50,239 nucleotides of DNA from an uncultured Ectothiorhodospiraceae bacterium. GTDB lineage: Bacteria; Pseudomonadota; Gammaproteobacteria; CAYFSA01. The DNA is taken from contig CAYFSA010000004.1 in assembly GCA_964345605.1 (NCBI GenBank), positions 1 through 50,239 on the forward strand. Direction: 5' to 3'. The position numbers were made by a program, and so were the translations under genes. The notes under the pieces are model-generated. The model was not told the origin of the DNA. It searched no databases and was given only the letters and a program-made list of their open reading frames with translations. Of this stretch, positions 18,990 through 30,425 are shown one piece after another (position 1 is the stretch's first letter; every line of letters begins with the position of its first letter).

Positions 18990-20254
18990 CTCGCAAAACC
19001 AATAAGGGCATGATCGTCGGCCTGGACATCGGCACCTCGAAGGTGGTGTGCATCGTCGGCGAAACCACTCCAGAGGGTGGGCTTGAGATCGTCGGTCTCG
19101 GCTCGCAGCAATCCCGGGGCCTGAAAAAAGGCGTGGTGGTCGACATCGAATCCACTGTGCAAAGCATTCAGCGCGCCGTCGAGGAGGCCGAATTGATGGC
19201 GGGCTGCGAGATTCACTCGGTGTTCACTGGCATCACCGGCGGCCACATCCGCAGCTTCAATTCGCATGGCATGGTGCCCATCCGCGATCACGAAGTCACT
19301 GCGGCCGATGTCGAGCGGGTCATCGAAGCCGCCAAGACGGTCGCCATCCCCGCTGACCAGGAAGTACTGGATGTTTCCCAGCAAGCATTCGTCCTCGACG
19401 ATCAGGACGGCATTCGCGATCCGGTCGGCATGTCCGGGGTGCGTCTGGAAGCGCGTGTGCACATCGTCACGGGCGCGGCCAGCGCCGCTCAGAACATCGT
19501 CAAATGCGTGCGCCGCTGCGGCTTGGAGGTCGACGGCATCCTGCCGCAGCAGCTCACCTCCAGTCAGGCGGTGCTGAGCGAGGACGAAAAGGAGCTCGGG
19601 GTCTGCCTGGTCGACATCGGCGGCGGCACCACCGACCTGGCGGTGTTTACCGAGGGGGCCGTGCGCCATACCGCGGTGATACCCATCGCCGGCGATCAGA
19701 TTACCAACGATATTGCGGTCGGCCTGCGTACCCCCAGCAAGCATGCCGACGAGATCAAGATCCGCCACGCCCGCGCGCAGGTGCCAGCGCATGGCGATCA
19801 AGCCGACACCTCGTTCGAAGTCCCCAATGTCGGCGAGCAATCCTCCGAGCCCATTTCGCGGCACAAGCTCGCCCGCTATATCGAGCCGCGCCTGCGCGAG
19901 ATCCTCGATTTCGTCCGCGACGAGCTCAGCCGCAGCGGCCTAGAAGATCTCATTGCCGCCGGCATTGTGCTGACCGGCGGCACCGCCAAAATGGAGGGCG
20001 CCATCGAGCTCGCCAAATCCATTTTTCCCGCGCCCCAGTCACCGGAAATGCCGGCTATGCCGGTACGACTTGGGCTCCCCCAGGGCTATACCGGCCTTGA
20101 GGACATCACCCAGGACCCAGCCTATGCCAGCGCCATTGGCCTGTTGCGCCTTGGCCAAAAAAACCGGGGTGGTTTCGGTGCCGAGGGCACTGAAGGCGGC
20201 GGTCTGACCGCCACTTGGCACCGACTGCGCCGCTGGTTTCAGGGCAATTTTTAA
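18986..20254 (+). CDS. ftsA: Cell division protein FtsA
   Basis: ATGA overlap with ftsQ. IVGLDIGTSKV, DIGGGTTD, C-terminal amphipathic helix WHRLRRWFQGNF. Confidence 0.97.
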   Translation: MTRKTNKGMIVGLDIGTSKVVCIVGETTPEGGLEIVGLGSQQSRGLKKGVVVDIESTVQSIQRAVEEAELMAGCEIHSVFTGITGGHIRSFNSHGMVPIRDHEVTAADVERVIEAAKTVAIPADQEVLDVSQQAFVLDDQDGIRDPVGMSGVRLEARVHIVTGAASAAQNIVKCVRRCGLEVDGILPQQLTSSQAVLSEDEKELGVCLVDIGGGTTDLAVFTEGAVRHTAVIPIAGDQITNDIAVGLRTPSKHADEIKIRHARAQVPAHGDQADTSFEVPNVGEQSSEPISRHKLARYIEPRLREILDFVRDELSRSGLEDLIAAGIVLTGGTAKMEGAIELAKSIFPAPQSPEMPAMPVRLGLPQGYTGLEDITQDPAYASAIGLLRLGQKNRGGFGAEGTEGGGLTATWHRLRRWFQGNF

Positions 20255-20350
20255 CACGCCTTACAAAGGACAGGCGACCCACGCTTAGCCGAATATTCAC
20301 AGCGTAACCAGCAACCTATTGACAACTGCAACCGCAAAGAGGCCTCAACC

Positions 20351-21520
20351 ATGTTCGAACTGATTGAAAATCAACTTCCGGGCGCCAATATCAAGGTTAT
20401 CGGTGTCGGCGGCGGCGGCGGCAACGCCGTCCAGGACATGATGCATGCCAACATCGAAGACGTGGAGTTCATCTGCGCCAATACCGATGCCCAGGCACTG
20501 CGCAACTGCACTGCCAAGAACATCTTGCAGCTTGGCAAGAATATTACCAAGGGCCTGGGCGCCGGCGCCGACCCAACGCTCGGCCATGAAGCCGCCATCG
20601 AGGATCGCGAGCAGATCCGCGAGGCCATTGCCGGGGCCGACATGATCTTCATCACCGCTGGCATGGGCGGCGGCACCGGCACCGGGGCAGCCCCGGTAGT
20701 CGCCCAGATCGCCAAGGAAGAAGACATTCTGACTGTGGCCGTGATTACCAAGCCCTTCCCGTTCGAGGGCAAAAAGCGGATGTCGGTGGCCATGAAAGGG
20801 ATCGAGGAATTGTCGAACAACGTCGACTCGCTGATCACGATCCCCAATGAAAAACTGCTGCCGGTGCTGGGCAAGGGCGTAACCCTGCTGGATGCCTTCA
20901 AGGCCGCCAATAATGTGTTGCTCGGCGCCGTGCAGGGTATTTCCGAGCTGATCACCAAACAGGGGCTGATCAACGTCGACTTCGCCGACGTGCGCACCGT
21001 GATGTCGGAGATGGGCATCGCCATGATGGGCACCGGCGCCGCCACCGGCGAAGGCCGGGCCCGCGAAGCCGCCGAAGCCGCGATCGCCAGCCCGCTGCTA
21101 GAGGACATCGATATCGCCGGGGCCAAGGGGATCCTGGTCAATGTCACCGCCGGCCTGGACCTGTCCATCGGCGAGTTCGAGGAAGTCGGGGCCGCAATCA
21201 AGGAATTCGCCTCGGAAGACGCCATCGTGGTAGTGGGCACGGTCATCGACCCGGATCTCAACGACGAGCTGCGGGTGACCCTGGTCGCCACCGGCCTAAA
21301 CGAAGCCGCCAGTGTCGCCGCCGAGCCCAAACAGGCCGGCAAGCCCGACATCCGCCTGGTGGACAAGCAGGGCCGGCGCGGCAGCGGCTGGGAGCAGGAC
21401 AAATCGCAGCAAGAACGTTCGCGCACCGGTGCCAGCAGCAAAACTCCGGTAACCGCCGACCGTGGTTTCGACGCGGAATATCTCGATATTCCGGCATTTT
21501 TGCGCAAACAGGCCGAGTAA
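20351..21520 (+). CDS. ftsZ: Cell division GTPase FtsZ
   Basis: [23 protein letters not shown], tubulin signature [14 protein letters not shown]-terminal peptide [11 protein letters not shown]. Confidence 0.98.
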   Translation: MFELIENQLPGANIKVIGVGGGGGNAVQDMMHANIEDVEFICANTDAQALRNCTAKNILQLGKNITKGLGAGADPTLGHEAAIEDREQIREAIAGADMIFITAGMGGGTGTGAAPVVAQIAKEEDILTVAVITKPFPFEGKKRMSVAMKGIEELSNNVDSLITIPNEKLLPVLGKGVTLLDAFKAANNVLLGAVQGISELITKQGLINVDFADVRTVMSEMGIAMMGTGAATGEGRAREAAEAAIASPLLEDIDIAGAKGILVNVTAGLDLSIGEFEEVGAAIKEFASEDAIVVVGTVIDPDLNDELRVTLVATGLNEAASVAAEPKQAGKPDIRLVDKQGRRGSGWEQDKSQQERSRTGASSKTPVTADRGFDAEYLDIPAFLRKQAE

Positions 21521-21595
21521 GCCACGGTCCGACAGCTTACCGGGTATGGCGATGCTGGACACAGGCTCCGCTTGGCCCACCTTTATTTCCTGGCC

Positions 21596-21630
21596 GCAGG
21601 GCCGTCCGCAAGGGCGGCCTTGCATTTTTG
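21596..21630 (+). terminator. Rho-independent terminator between ftsZ and lpxC
   Basis: 11-bp stem GCAGGGCCGTC / GGCGGCCTTGC (two G-U pairs), loop CGCAAG, then ATTTTTG. Confidence 0.65.
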
Positions 21631-21650
21631 CAGCGATGGAGCTTTAACCC

Positions 21651-22568
21651 TTGATCAAGCAACGCACATTAAAGCAGACAATCCATGCCACGGGCGTTGG
21701 TCTGCATACGGGCGCAAAGGTTTTGGTGACCTTGCAGCCTGCCCCGCCGAATCATGGCATCCGCTTCCGCCGCAGCGATCTCGACCCCACGGTGACGATC
21801 CCGGCCGACCCCCGCTATGTCAGCGATACACTGTTATCCACTAATCTGACCTATGCCGGTGCCCGCGTTGCCACCGTGGAACACCTGCTGTCCGCCGCCG
21901 CGGGACTCGGCATCGACAATATGATCGTGGACTTATCGGCCGCCGAGGTGCCAATCATGGACGGCAGTGCCGCACCTTTCGTGTTTTTGCTGCAATCGGC
22001 AGGGATTGCCGAGCAAGCAGTAGCCAAGCGGTTCATCCGCATGCGCCAGCCGCTTCAGGTCAGCGAGGGGGACGCCTGGGCGAGACTGGCTCCGGCATCC
22101 GGTTTCCAGATCGATTTCACCATTGATTTCGATCATCCCGTGATGCGGGCCGGCGAGCAACGGGCGTACCTGGATTTGACCCATACCTCGTATGTCAAGG
22201 CCATCAGTCGCGCCCGCACCTTCGGCTTCATGCGCGATATCGAGGCACTGCGGGAACGTGGCCTGGCCCGCGGCGGCAGTTTCGATAACGCCATCGTGCT
22301 GGACGATTTCCGGGTCTTGAATGAGGGCGGACTGCGTTATCCAGACGAGTTCGTCAAACATAAAATGCTTGATGCCATCGGTGATCTCTACCTCCTCGGC
22401 CGCAGCTTGATCGGTAATTTCTCGGCTTATAAATCGGGCCATCGGCTGAACCATCAACTGCTGCTGAAGCTGCTCGCTCAACCGGATACCTGGGAGGAAA
22501 TCAGCTTTACCACACCCACACCGCCGCTGCCCGAGCTCGGCGAGCAGCCATTACCGGGACAAGCCTAA
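21651..22568 (+). CDS. lpxC: UDP-3-O-acyl-N-acetylglucosamine deacetylase LpxC
   Basis: TTG start gives (M)[20 protein letters not shown], colinear from residue 1 with E. coli Lpx[10 protein letters not shown] and [10 protein letters not shown] motifs. Confidence 0.96.
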   Translation: MIKQRTLKQTIHATGVGLHTGAKVLVTLQPAPPNHGIRFRRSDLDPTVTIPADPRYVSDTLLSTNLTYAGARVATVEHLLSAAAGLGIDNMIVDLSAAEVPIMDGSAAPFVFLLQSAGIAEQAVAKRFIRMRQPLQVSEGDAWARLAPASGFQIDFTIDFDHPVMRAGEQRAYLDLTHTSYVKAISRARTFGFMRDIEALRERGLARGGSFDNAIVLDDFRVLNEGGLRYPDEFVKHKMLDAIGDLYLLGRSLIGNFSAYKSGHRLNHQLLLKLLAQPDTWEEISFTTPTPPLPELGEQPLPGQA

Positions 22569-23038
22569 CGCGGCTGCCGTCGCGCAGCGATACGCTGGAG
22601 CACACCGGCTAGGCGGGCATCATCCAGATTCGCTGCCACCTCGGCAAGGAGCTGCCCGGCCCCGGGAGATAGCTGTAATGGCTGGCGCGTCCGCCGTGCC
22701 TGCGCAGGCTGCTGGGCAGACTGCATGGTAACGATCCGCAAACGTGGCGGCTGGTCATCTGCTGGACTCGCCATAGCCATGCATAGGGCTTGGCCGTGCC
22801 AATGGATCAGGGTAGCCCAAGCATTTCCATCGCAATACACCGACAGCACGCCTGCAGCATAGCGGGCCCCCAGGCAGTGCGGCCTGGCCGGCTCGGGTAA
22901 AGCGCGGCGTACCATGGCCGTCCAGTCCTCGCCATTAGCCGGCGAGTGGGTCAGGGAATGCGGAACCAAGCTGGAAACATGTATCATGGCTAAACCATTG
23001 TTAGTGAGTTCGCCGACCGGCGAAGTGGCAATCTTCAT
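22565..23038 (-). CDS. DUF721 (DciA-like) protein
   Basis: Lies between lpxC and the M23 peptidase/secA genes, as in the Pseudomonas arrangement. Core is [47 protein letters not shown]. The start is uncertain; the internal ATG at 22987 (MIHVSS...) would leave a more realistic divergent promoter gap. Confidence 0.55.
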   Translation of the reverse strand: MKIATSPVGELTNNGLAMIHVSSLVPHSLTHSPANGEDWTAMVRRALPEPARPHCLGARYAAGVLSVYCDGNAWATLIHWHGQALCMAMASPADDQPPRLRIVTMQSAQQPAQARRTRQPLQLSPGAGQLLAEVAANLDDARLAGVLQRIAARRQPR

Positions 23039-23062
23039 ACAATTTACATTTTGACCGAAGTT

Positions 23063-23971
23063 ATGCGTAACAGCTTATATTGCCTAACGACACGCCGCTT
23101 GCGGCAGATCCTTGGCCCGCGGGCACGCCACCACCTGCCGGCGGCAGCCGTCTTGTTGGTGGTGGCCGCCGGGCTGTTCTGGTTGGGCTATTATACCGGC
23201 CGCAGCCAGCTGACGACGACCACCTTGGCCGTGCAGCAGGAATGGATCGCCGAGCAGGAAACCTTGCTCGCTGCCCGCAAAGCCGCTATCGCCAAGCATG
23301 ACGCGCTGGCCCGGCGCCTTGGCCAATTGCAGGCCCGCCTGGTGCGCCTGGAATCGATCGGCCAGCAATTGCTCGACAGCAGCAAGCTCGATCTCGGCGA
23401 ATTCTCGCTCAGTGAGCCGCCTGCCCTGGGCGGGCCGCAAGCCCCGCTCGCCGCGAGCGATACGGCGCTTGCCGCCGAGTTGGCGGGCCTGGCCGAACAA
23501 CTGCAGGCCCACTACGAGCAATGGCAGGTACTGCTCGGCCTGACCATGACCAATCAGGTTGCCGATCAGGGCCGCCCCGCCGGCCGCCCCATCGCCGATG
23601 GCTGGATCACCTCGCGCTACGGCAAGCGCCAGGATCCGTTCAACGGCCAGGCCGAGTTTCATCGCGGCGTGGATTACGCCGCCCGGGTCGGCAGTCCGAT
23701 CTTCGCCGTCGCCAACGGCGTGGTGACCGCCACGCGCGTCACCCCGGGCTATGGCAAGCTGGTGGAAATCCGCCATCCCGATGGGTACAGTACGCGCTAC
23801 GCCCACTGCCAGACCATTGACGTGCAAACCGGCGACACCGTGCGCCAGGGTCAGATCATCGCCACGGTGGGCAGCACGGGGCGCGCCACCGGCCCGCATG
23901 TCCATTTCGAGGTGCATCAAGGGGGCCGGCATGTCGATCCCGCCCGCTTCACTCAGGCAAGTACGCCGTGA
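23063..23971 (+). CDS. M23-family peptidoglycan endopeptidase with N-terminal TM helix and coiled coil
   Basis: HRGVDYAARVGSPIFAVANGVV, GYGKLVEIRHPDGYSTRYAHC and GSTGRATGPHVHFEV. ATG 23063 is preferred; TTG 23051 is possible. Confidence 0.9.
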   Translation: MRNSLYCLTTRRLRQILGPRARHHLPAAAVLLVVAAGLFWLGYYTGRSQLTTTTLAVQQEWIAEQETLLAARKAAIAKHDALARRLGQLQARLVRLESIGQQLLDSSKLDLGEFSLSEPPALGGPQAPLAASDTALAAELAGLAEQLQAHYEQWQVLLGLTMTNQVADQGRPAGRPIADGWITSRYGKRQDPFNGQAEFHRGVDYAARVGSPIFAVANGVVTATRVTPGYGKLVEIRHPDGYSTRYAHCQTIDVQTGDTVRQGQIIATVGSTGRATGPHVHFEVHQGGRHVDPARFTQASTP

Positions 23972-24034
23972 GCGGTCACCCTCGCGCGCGGCGCTGACCC
24001 CTCATTCACGCATTAAGGATTGCTACCGATACCT

Positions 24035-26914
24035 ATGATGAAACTATTCAACAAGTTTTTCGGCAGTCGCAACGACCGGCTGATCAAACGCTATAACCAA
24101 CGGACCGAGGCCGTCAACGCGCTGAGCGAGCGCTATCGCGCCCTGAGCGACGCCGACTTAAAGGGTCACAGCGCGGCGTTGCGGGGCCGGCTCGCGGCCG
24201 GGGCAACGCTGGCGGACTTATTACCGGAGGCCTTTGCTGCAGTGCGCGAGGCCAGCGAACGTACCCTGGGGATGCGGCATTTCGACGTGCAGATCGTCGG
24301 CGGCATGGTCCTCGACGAGGGCAAAATCGCCGAGATGCGCACCGGCGAGGGCAAAACCCTGGTGGCCACCCTGGCCGCCTATCTGAACGCCCTTAGCGAC
24401 CGCGGCGTGCATATCGTCACGGTCAACGATTACCTGGCCCGGCGCGATGCTGTTTGGATGGGCAAGCTGTATCATTTTCTCGGCCTGTCGGTGGGGGTCA
24501 TCAACGCTTCCGGCGGCCGCGGCCCGGATAATGCCTCGTTCATCTACGATCCCGCGCATCACCCGGCAACAGAGGAAGACGGCTATCTCTATCTACGCCC
24601 GGTGACCCGCCGTGAGGCGTATGCCGCCGACATCACCTACGGTACCAACAACGAGTTCGGCTTCGACTATCTGCGCGACAACATGGCCTTCCGCGCCGAG
24701 GATCGGGTCCAGCGCGAGCTCGCCTACGCCATCGTCGACGAGGTCGACTCCATCCTCATCGACGAGGCACGGACCCCGCTGATCATCTCCGGGGCCGGTG
24801 AGCGCAGCTCCGAGCTGTATCAGCAGATCAACCGTATCGTCCCGCAGCTAGTGCTGCAGCGCCCGGAAGATATCCCCGAAGGCCAGAGCGAAGACCCCGA
24901 GGCCCCCGGCGATTACTCCATTGACGAGAAAACCAAGCAGGTGTTTCTGACTGAGTCCGGCTACGACCGCGTTGAGGAACTGCTGCGTGAGGCCGGTCTG
25001 CTGAGCCCGGATGTCGGCCTATACAATCCGCAGAACGTCGCCCTGCTGCATCATCTGCACGCCGCCCTGCGCGCCCACAGCCTGTATCATCGCGATGTGG
25101 AATATGTCGTGCGTAACGGCCAGATCGTCATTGTCGACGAATTCACCGGCCGCACCATGCCCGGCCGGCGCTGGTCGGAGGGCCTGCACCAGGCGATCGA
25201 AGCCAAGGAAGGGGTGGCCATCCGCGCCGAGAATCAGACCCTGGCCTCGATCACCTTCCAGAACTATTTTCGGCTTTACGACAAGCTCGCCGGCATGACC
25301 GGCACGGCCGATACCGAGGCCTATGAATTCCAGCAGATCTACGGCCTGGAAGTGGTCGTGGTGCCGACCCATAAGCCGATGATCCGCAAGGACCTGCAGG
25401 ATCTGGTTTATCTCACCGCGGAAGAGAAATTCCAGGCCATCATCGCTGGTATCAAGGACTGCGTTGCCCGCGGCCAGCCTACCCTGGTCGGCACCGCCTC
25501 CATCGAAACCTCCGAGTTCCTCTCCGGGCGTCTGCAGCAGGAAAGCATCGACCATCAGGTGCTCAATGCCAAGCAGCACGAGCGCGAGGCCCAGGTTATC
25601 GCCCAAGCCGGGCGGCCGGGTACGGTGACCATCGCCACCAACATGGCCGGCCGCGGCACGGATATCGTCCTCGGCGGCAGTCTCGATCACATGCTCGCCG
25701 AGCTCGGTGATGATCCCGATCCGACCGCGGTAGAACAGACCCAACAAACCTGGCAACAACTGCATGAACAAGTGGTCGCCGCCGGCGGCTTGCATATCGT
25801 CGGCACCGAGCGGCACGAATCCCGGCGCATCGACAATCAGCTCCGCGGCCGCTCCGGGCGGCAGGGCGATCCCGGCTCCAGCCGGTTTTATATCTCCCTG
25901 GAAGACAATCTCATGCGCATCTTCGCTTCGGACAAGATCCGTGGCGTCATGCAGCGCTTAGGGATGGAAAAAGGCCAGGCCATCGAAAGCCGCTGGATCA
26001 GCGGCGCCATCGAAAATGCCCAGCGCAAGGTCGAAGCCCATAACTTCGATATCCGCAAAAACCTGCTCGAATACGATGACGTCGCCAACGATCAGCGCCG
26101 GGTCATCTATCAGCAGCGCAAGGAGTTGCTCGAGGCCGAACAAGTCAAAGAAACCTTCGACTCCCTGCGCCAAGACACAGTCGATACCTTGATTTCCGAA
26201 TACATCCCCCCGGGTAGCCTGGATGAACAATGGGATGTCGCCGGCCTGACTGAGGCCCTGCACAAGGAGCTCAATCTGGACTTACCGGTACAACAATGGC
26301 TGGACGAGGACGAATCCCTGCACGAGGAGCCGCTGCGCGAGCGGATTCACAGCGCCGTCGACGAGGCCATCGCCGCCAAAGAAGCGGAAATCGGCAGCGA
26401 GCTCATGCGCCGGGTGGAAAAGGATATTCTCCTGCAGGTCCTCGACAGCGCCTGGAAGGAGCATCTGGCCGCTATGGACTATCTGCGCCAAGGTATCGGC
26501 CTGCGCGGCTACGCCCAGCGCAATCCTAAACAGGAATACAAGCGCGAAGCCTTCCAGATGTTCCAGTCCCTGCTCGAGCGCATTAAGCGCGATAGCACTA
26601 CCATGCTGATGCAGCTCGAATTACAGCCCGAGGCCCCGCTGCCGGATCTCGAGCTTGCGCCCCAGGCCCCGCCGCAGATGCAGTTCAGCCATCCCGAGGC
26701 CGGCAACGCCCTGGACGATGGCCAAGCGGCCGAGCAGCACGCGGCGGCGGATGCGACTGCCTTGGCCCAGGCCGAGCAGGCAGCCGCCGCGGCCACCGAG
26801 GGAGACGCCGGCAAGCCCCAGCCCTATCGCCGCGAAACCCCGAAAATCGGTCGCAACGACCCCTGCTGGTGCGGCTCGGGCAAGAAATACAAGCACTGCC
26901 ACGGCAAGCTGTAG
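24035..26914 (+). CDS. secA: Preprotein translocase ATPase SecA
   Basis: [20 protein letters not shown] start, [13 protein letters not shown] Walker [21 protein letters not shown]-terminal zinc motif [16 protein letters not shown]. Confidence 0.98.
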   Translation: MMKLFNKFFGSRNDRLIKRYNQRTEAVNALSERYRALSDADLKGHSAALRGRLAAGATLADLLPEAFAAVREASERTLGMRHFDVQIVGGMVLDEGKIAEMRTGEGKTLVATLAAYLNALSDRGVHIVTVNDYLARRDAVWMGKLYHFLGLSVGVINASGGRGPDNASFIYDPAHHPATEEDGYLYLRPVTRREAYAADITYGTNNEFGFDYLRDNMAFRAEDRVQRELAYAIVDEVDSILIDEARTPLIISGAGERSSELYQQINRIVPQLVLQRPEDIPEGQSEDPEAPGDYSIDEKTKQVFLTESGYDRVEELLREAGLLSPDVGLYNPQNVALLHHLHAALRAHSLYHRDVEYVVRNGQIVIVDEFTGRTMPGRRWSEGLHQAIEAKEGVAIRAENQTLASITFQNYFRLYDKLAGMTGTADTEAYEFQQIYGLEVVVVPTHKPMIRKDLQDLVYLTAEEKFQAIIAGIKDCVARGQPTLVGTASIETSEFLSGRLQQESIDHQVLNAKQHEREAQVIAQAGRPGTVTIATNMAGRGTDIVLGGSLDHMLAELGDDPDPTAVEQTQQTWQQLHEQVVAAGGLHIVGTERHESRRIDNQLRGRSGRQGDPGSSRFYISLEDNLMRIFASDKIRGVMQRLGMEKGQAIESRWISGAIENAQRKVEAHNFDIRKNLLEYDDVANDQRRVIYQQRKELLEAEQVKETFDSLRQDTVDTLISEYIPPGSLDEQWDVAGLTEALHKELNLDLPVQQWLDEDESLHEEPLRERIHSAVDEAIAAKEAEIGSELMRRVEKDILLQVLDSAWKEHLAAMDYLRQGIGLRGYAQRNPKQEYKREAFQMFQSLLERIKRDSTTMLMQLELQPEAPLPDLELAPQAPPQMQFSHPEAGNALDDGQAAEQHAAADATALAQAEQAAAAATEGDAGKPQPYRRETPKIGRNDPCWCGSGKKYKHCHGKL

Positions 26915-26921
26915 GTGTGCC

Positions 26922-28142
26922 ATGGCAGTCGGCCTCGATGCCCCACAAGATCTGCTGCCGGTACCGGGCGTGAGCCTGGCGACCGCGGCCACCGGCGCCC
27001 GTTACCAGGGCCGGGATGACCTGGCCCTGCTGGCCCTGCCGGCAACCGCGACCACTGTCGTGAGCTTCACCCAAAATGCCTTTCAGGCCGCCCCGGTAAT
27101 CCTGGCCCGGCAGCATCTGGCCCACACCCGCCCCCGCTACCTGCTGATCAACGCCGGCCATGCCAATGCCGGCACCGGCGCGGCGGGCATGGCCGCGGCA
27201 CTGAGCTGCTGCGAGCAATTCGCCGCCCAGGCCGGCGTCGCCGCGGCCGCCATCCTGCCGTTTTCCACCGGCGTCATTGGCGAGCTGCTGCCCTTAGCCC
27301 CGCTGGTCAACGCCTTCCCCCGCCTGCTCGCCGACCTGCGCGATGATGCCAACGCCTGGCTGGCCGCGGCCCGCGCCATCATGACCACCGACACCCTGCC
27401 CAAGGCGGCGTCCGCCCAAGCCACTTTGAGCACCGGCGTGGTTACCGTCACCGGCATGGCCAAAGGCGCGGGCATGATCTGCCCCGATATGGCGACCCTG
27501 CTGGCCTTCGTCGCCACCGACGCCAACCTCAGCGGAGCCCAGCTGCAGGCCCTGCAGGCCCGCCTGCTGGCGCAGAGCTTCAATCGGATCACGGTCGACG
27601 GCGACACCTCGACCAATGACGCCTGCGCCTTGCTGGCCAGCGGGACCGCCATGCCGACGCCCGTCAGCGAGCCGGCCGACCTGGCGGCCCTGGAGAGCGC
27701 CCTGGCCGTCGTCTACCGTCAGCTCGCCCAGGCCATCGTGCGCGATGCCGAAGGTGCAACCAAATTCGTGCAAATTCGGGTCACAGGGGCTGCCAGCGCG
27801 GCGGCTGCCGATGGCGTCGCTCGCACTGTAGCCCACTCGCCGCTGGTCAAGACCGCCCTGTTTGCGAGCGATCCGAATTGGGGCCGTATCCTCGCGGCGG
27901 TGGGCCGGGCTGAAATCCCGGCGTTGGCCATCGAGCAGGTCAGCATCTCACTCAACGGGGTTTGCTGTGTCGCTCACGGCGCCCGCGCCGCGGACTATAC
28001 TGAAGCCGCCGGTCAGGCAGCCTTTGCCGAGCCCGAGCTGGATATCCTCATCGAACTCGGTCAGGGCGAACACACCGCCAGCGTCTGGACCTCGGATCTC
28101 TCCCATGAGTATGTCCGGATCAATGCCGAATACCGAACCTGA
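26922..28142 (+). CDS. argJ: Bifunctional glutamate N-acetyltransferase / amino-acid acetyltransferase ArgJ
   Basis: ATG 26922, 7 nt after the secA stop. 406 aa. AKGAGMICPDMATLLAFVATDA autoprocessing region, TVDGDTSTND, SHEYVRINAEYRT C-terminus. Confidence 0.94.
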   Translation: MAVGLDAPQDLLPVPGVSLATAATGARYQGRDDLALLALPATATTVVSFTQNAFQAAPVILARQHLAHTRPRYLLINAGHANAGTGAAGMAAALSCCEQFAAQAGVAAAAILPFSTGVIGELLPLAPLVNAFPRLLADLRDDANAWLAAARAIMTTDTLPKAASAQATLSTGVVTVTGMAKGAGMICPDMATLLAFVATDANLSGAQLQALQARLLAQSFNRITVDGDTSTNDACALLASGTAMPTPVSEPADLAALESALAVVYRQLAQAIVRDAEGATKFVQIRVTGAASAAAADGVARTVAHSPLVKTALFASDPNWGRILAAVGRAEIPALAIEQVSISLNGVCCVAHGARAADYTEAAGQAAFAEPELDILIELGQGEHTASVWTSDLSHEYVRINAEYRT

Positions 28143-29100
28143 CACTGCGACCAACTGGCTGCATGTGGTCGCGGCCGCGATCCGGGACCCGGACGGCCGG
28201 GTTCTGCTCAGCCATCGGCATACCGGCCAACATCAGGGCGATCGCTGGGAATTCCCGGGCGGCAAGCGCGAGCCCGACGAATCCCGCGAGCAGGCCCTGG
28301 CCCGCGAACTGGACGAAGAGCTCGGTATCGGCATGACCGCCGCCCGGCCGCTGATCCAGATCCGCCACCGCTATCCCGATCAAGCCATCCTGCTGGATTG
28401 CTGGCTGGTCGAAGGCTATACCGGCATCCCCACCGGCCGTGAAGGCCAGCAGACCAGATGGGTGCCTATCGCCGCGCTGCCCGGCTACCGGTTCCCCGCC
28501 GCCAACCGGCCAATCCTGACTGCCCTGGCGCTGCCCGATCGCTATCTCATTACTCCAGAGCCCGGGCCCGCAGCCGCGGCCTTTCTCGCTGAGTTCGAGA
28601 CCAGCCTGCAAGCGGACATCCGCCTGGTGCAACTGCGCGGCAAGGACCTGGCCCGACTGGACTTGCGGGCGCTCGCCGCGCAGGCCCTCGCCCTGACTGA
28701 ACGCTACGGGGCCCGTCTGCTGATTCATGGCGACGCCCTGCTCGCTCAGGAAATCGGGGCCGCCGGCGTCCATCTCAGGGAACAGCAGCTCAGGCAACTG
28801 ACAGCCCGCCCGCTGCCGACTGAGTTTGTGGTCGGCGCCTCCTGTCACGATGCCGCCGCCCTCGCCCACGCCGAACGGCTAGGCGTCGATTTCGCGGTGC
28901 TCTCGCCGGTCCGGGCGACGGCCTCGCATCCCGCTGCCAGGCCGCTGGGCTGGCAAACATTTCACACCCTGGTCGCGACAACCACCCTGCCGGTCTATGC
29001 CCTGGGCGGCATGAGCGACGCGGATCGGGATCAGGCCTTTGTCCATGGTGCCCAGGGGATCGCGGCCATCCGCGGTCTGTGGGCCGGGAGTCCAACATGA
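28123..29100 (+). CDS. Nudix (MutT-like 8-oxo-dGTP diphosphatase) fused to a ThiE/TenI-like domain
   Basis: ATG 28123. Nudix box GGKREPDESREQALARELDEELGI. The C-terminal half has a thiamine-phosphate-synthase-like pattern (VQLRGKDL..., GASCHD, DFAVLSPV, PVYALGG). A similar fusion follows argJ/secA in Pseudomonas. Confidence 0.85.
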   Translation: MPNTEPDTATNWLHVVAAAIRDPDGRVLLSHRHTGQHQGDRWEFPGGKREPDESREQALARELDEELGIGMTAARPLIQIRHRYPDQAILLDCWLVEGYTGIPTGREGQQTRWVPIAALPGYRFPAANRPILTALALPDRYLITPEPGPAAAAFLAEFETSLQADIRLVQLRGKDLARLDLRALAAQALALTERYGARLLIHGDALLAQEIGAAGVHLREQQLRQLTARPLPTEFVVGASCHDAAALAHAERLGVDFAVLSPVRATASHPAARPLGWQTFHTLVATTTLPVYALGGMSDADRDQAFVHGAQGIAAIRGLWAGSPT

Positions 29101-29573
29101 AATTTGGTGTCGTCCCTACCTTTCTCACCGTCACAGCCGCCTTGTCGGGATTGATTCTGGGCGCCTACCTGCAGCAACAGGAGAGCCAGCAGGCCGATGC
29201 GGCCGGGCCCACAGTCGCGTGCGACCCGGCCGCAGCCACCGGCTGCCCCTTAAACCTCGCCGGGCAAACCGCGCTGCTGCGCTTTACGCCCCAGCCCGAG
29301 GCCCTGCGCCCCTTCCAGGCCGAACTCGTGGTCAATGAGCCGATTGCAGGGGCCCTACTCGACTTCGATATGGCCGGCATGGAGATGGGCGTCAACGAGG
29401 TCGAGCTGCAGCCGGCGGCTACCCAGCAAAAACCGGCTCAAGGTCAGCGCTGGCTGGGCAAGGTCGTGCTGCCGGTATGCTCGAGCGGCCGGCGGGATTG
29501 GCTCGCGCGACTGGAGATCGACACTGAAACCCAGGGCCGCCAGGCCGTGACGATTCCTTTTGAATTGCAGTGA
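29097..29573 (+). CDS. Membrane-anchored hypothetical protein, possibly FixH/YtkA-like fold
   Basis: ATG 29097 overlaps the preceding stop (ATGA). N-terminal TM helix VVPTFLTVTAALSGLILGAYL. The pattern LLDFDMAGMEMGVNEVEL...GQRWLGKVVLPVC...WLARLEI resembles FixH/YtkA domains, a family call from memory only. Confidence 0.55.
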   Translation: MKFGVVPTFLTVTAALSGLILGAYLQQQESQQADAAGPTVACDPAAATGCPLNLAGQTALLRFTPQPEALRPFQAELVVNEPIAGALLDFDMAGMEMGVNEVELQPAATQQKPAQGQRWLGKVVLPVCSSGRRDWLARLEIDTETQGRQAVTIPFELQ

Positions 29574-29604
29574 AGCAAGTTACAGTGACTCGGCCCGAAA
29601 TAAG

Positions 29605-30375
29605 CTACAGGGCACAGCAGGCAAGCTCGAAGGCAACATCCTCGTGGACCTGAGTGGGGCGGGCGGCCAAATCCTCCAAGGCCAAAAAGCGCACCGAGAA
29701 CCGATGCTTACCGGCGCTGATTTCGGGATGCCAGGTCACTTCCCCGGGTAGCCAGACGCGAATGAGCTGATAGGGCGTTTCAACATCCAGGGACTGCTGA
29801 TAAAAGCCTCGCTCGGCCGCTTTCGGCAAAGGGGGGGCACTGTTACGAATCAGCTCTAAGACGAGATCAGCACCCTCTTTGACCTGCTCGAAAGGATGGA
29901 TCCAGGCCTGTAACTGGGCAATGCGCTGCTCGGGCTCGCGTGATAACCAGTAATGGTAGGCCGGCAAATCGAAATCACAGGACCCGCCGGGAATGGTCAT
30001 GCGTTTTTTAATGCTGTTGAAAAATTCGTTGTACCGCAGTTCTTGATCCGGCTGCCCGGACAAATGCCGCAGATGTTTGATGGCCTGGCGCTGTTGCTCG
30101 ATGATTTGCTCCAAGCGCGGCTGATCGACCTCGGCCTTTTCGCTGAGGCGACTCAGGTTGGCATTCTGGCGCTCCAGCTCCTTCATCAGATCGCTTTTCA
30201 AATCCCCGCGATTGACCAGTTCCACCAGCTCCAGCATGGTCATCAGGGCCCCGTGGGTATCCCAGCGCGAGTGACCGTCCAAAAAATAACGGCAGCGCTG
30301 CATCAGCTCTTCCAGGCGCAGCAGGGTGCGTATGCGCTCGTTCAGGGGCTGTTCGTAGATAATCTTATCGGTCAC
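29605..30375 (-). CDS. zapD: Cell division protein ZapD
   Basis: GTG start. (M)TDKIIYEQPLNERIRTLLRLEELMQ... is colinear with E. coli ZapD ([20 protein letters not shown]). It lies adjacent to coaE, as in E. coli. Confidence 0.9.
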   Translation of the reverse strand: MTDKIIYEQPLNERIRTLLRLEELMQRCRYFLDGHSRWDTHGALMTMLELVELVNRGDLKSDLMKELERQNANLSRLSEKAEVDQPRLEQIIEQQRQAIKHLRHLSGQPDQELRYNEFFNSIKKRMTIPGGSCDFDLPAYHYWLSREPEQRIAQLQAWIHPFEQVKEGADLVLELIRNSAPPLPKAAERGFYQQSLDVETPYQLIRVWLPGEVTWHPEISAGKHRFSVRFLALEDLAARPTQVHEDVAFELACCAL

Positions 30376-30425
30376 AAAAGGGCAATTGGCTTGAGTTGAA
30401 CAAAAAACGAGCTGATCGGCCGCCG

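Noticed and set aside
20371-21525. 384-aa ORF exactly antisense to ftsZ
   Set aside because: This is a mirror ORF typical of high-GC DNA. It is rich in S/A/P/R and low in complexity, with no motifs. The plus strand encodes an unmistakable FtsZ (GGGTGTG, C-terminal DIPAFLRKQ).
26655-26921. Long N-terminal extensions offered by the ORF track, for example argJ from 26655, murC from 14726, murB from 16210, the Nudix fusion from 27862 and rsmH from 4089
   Set aside because: The extensions overlap the preceding gene in another frame and are Arg/Pro-rich. Internal ATGs coupled to the upstream stop codons reproduce the conserved N-termini.
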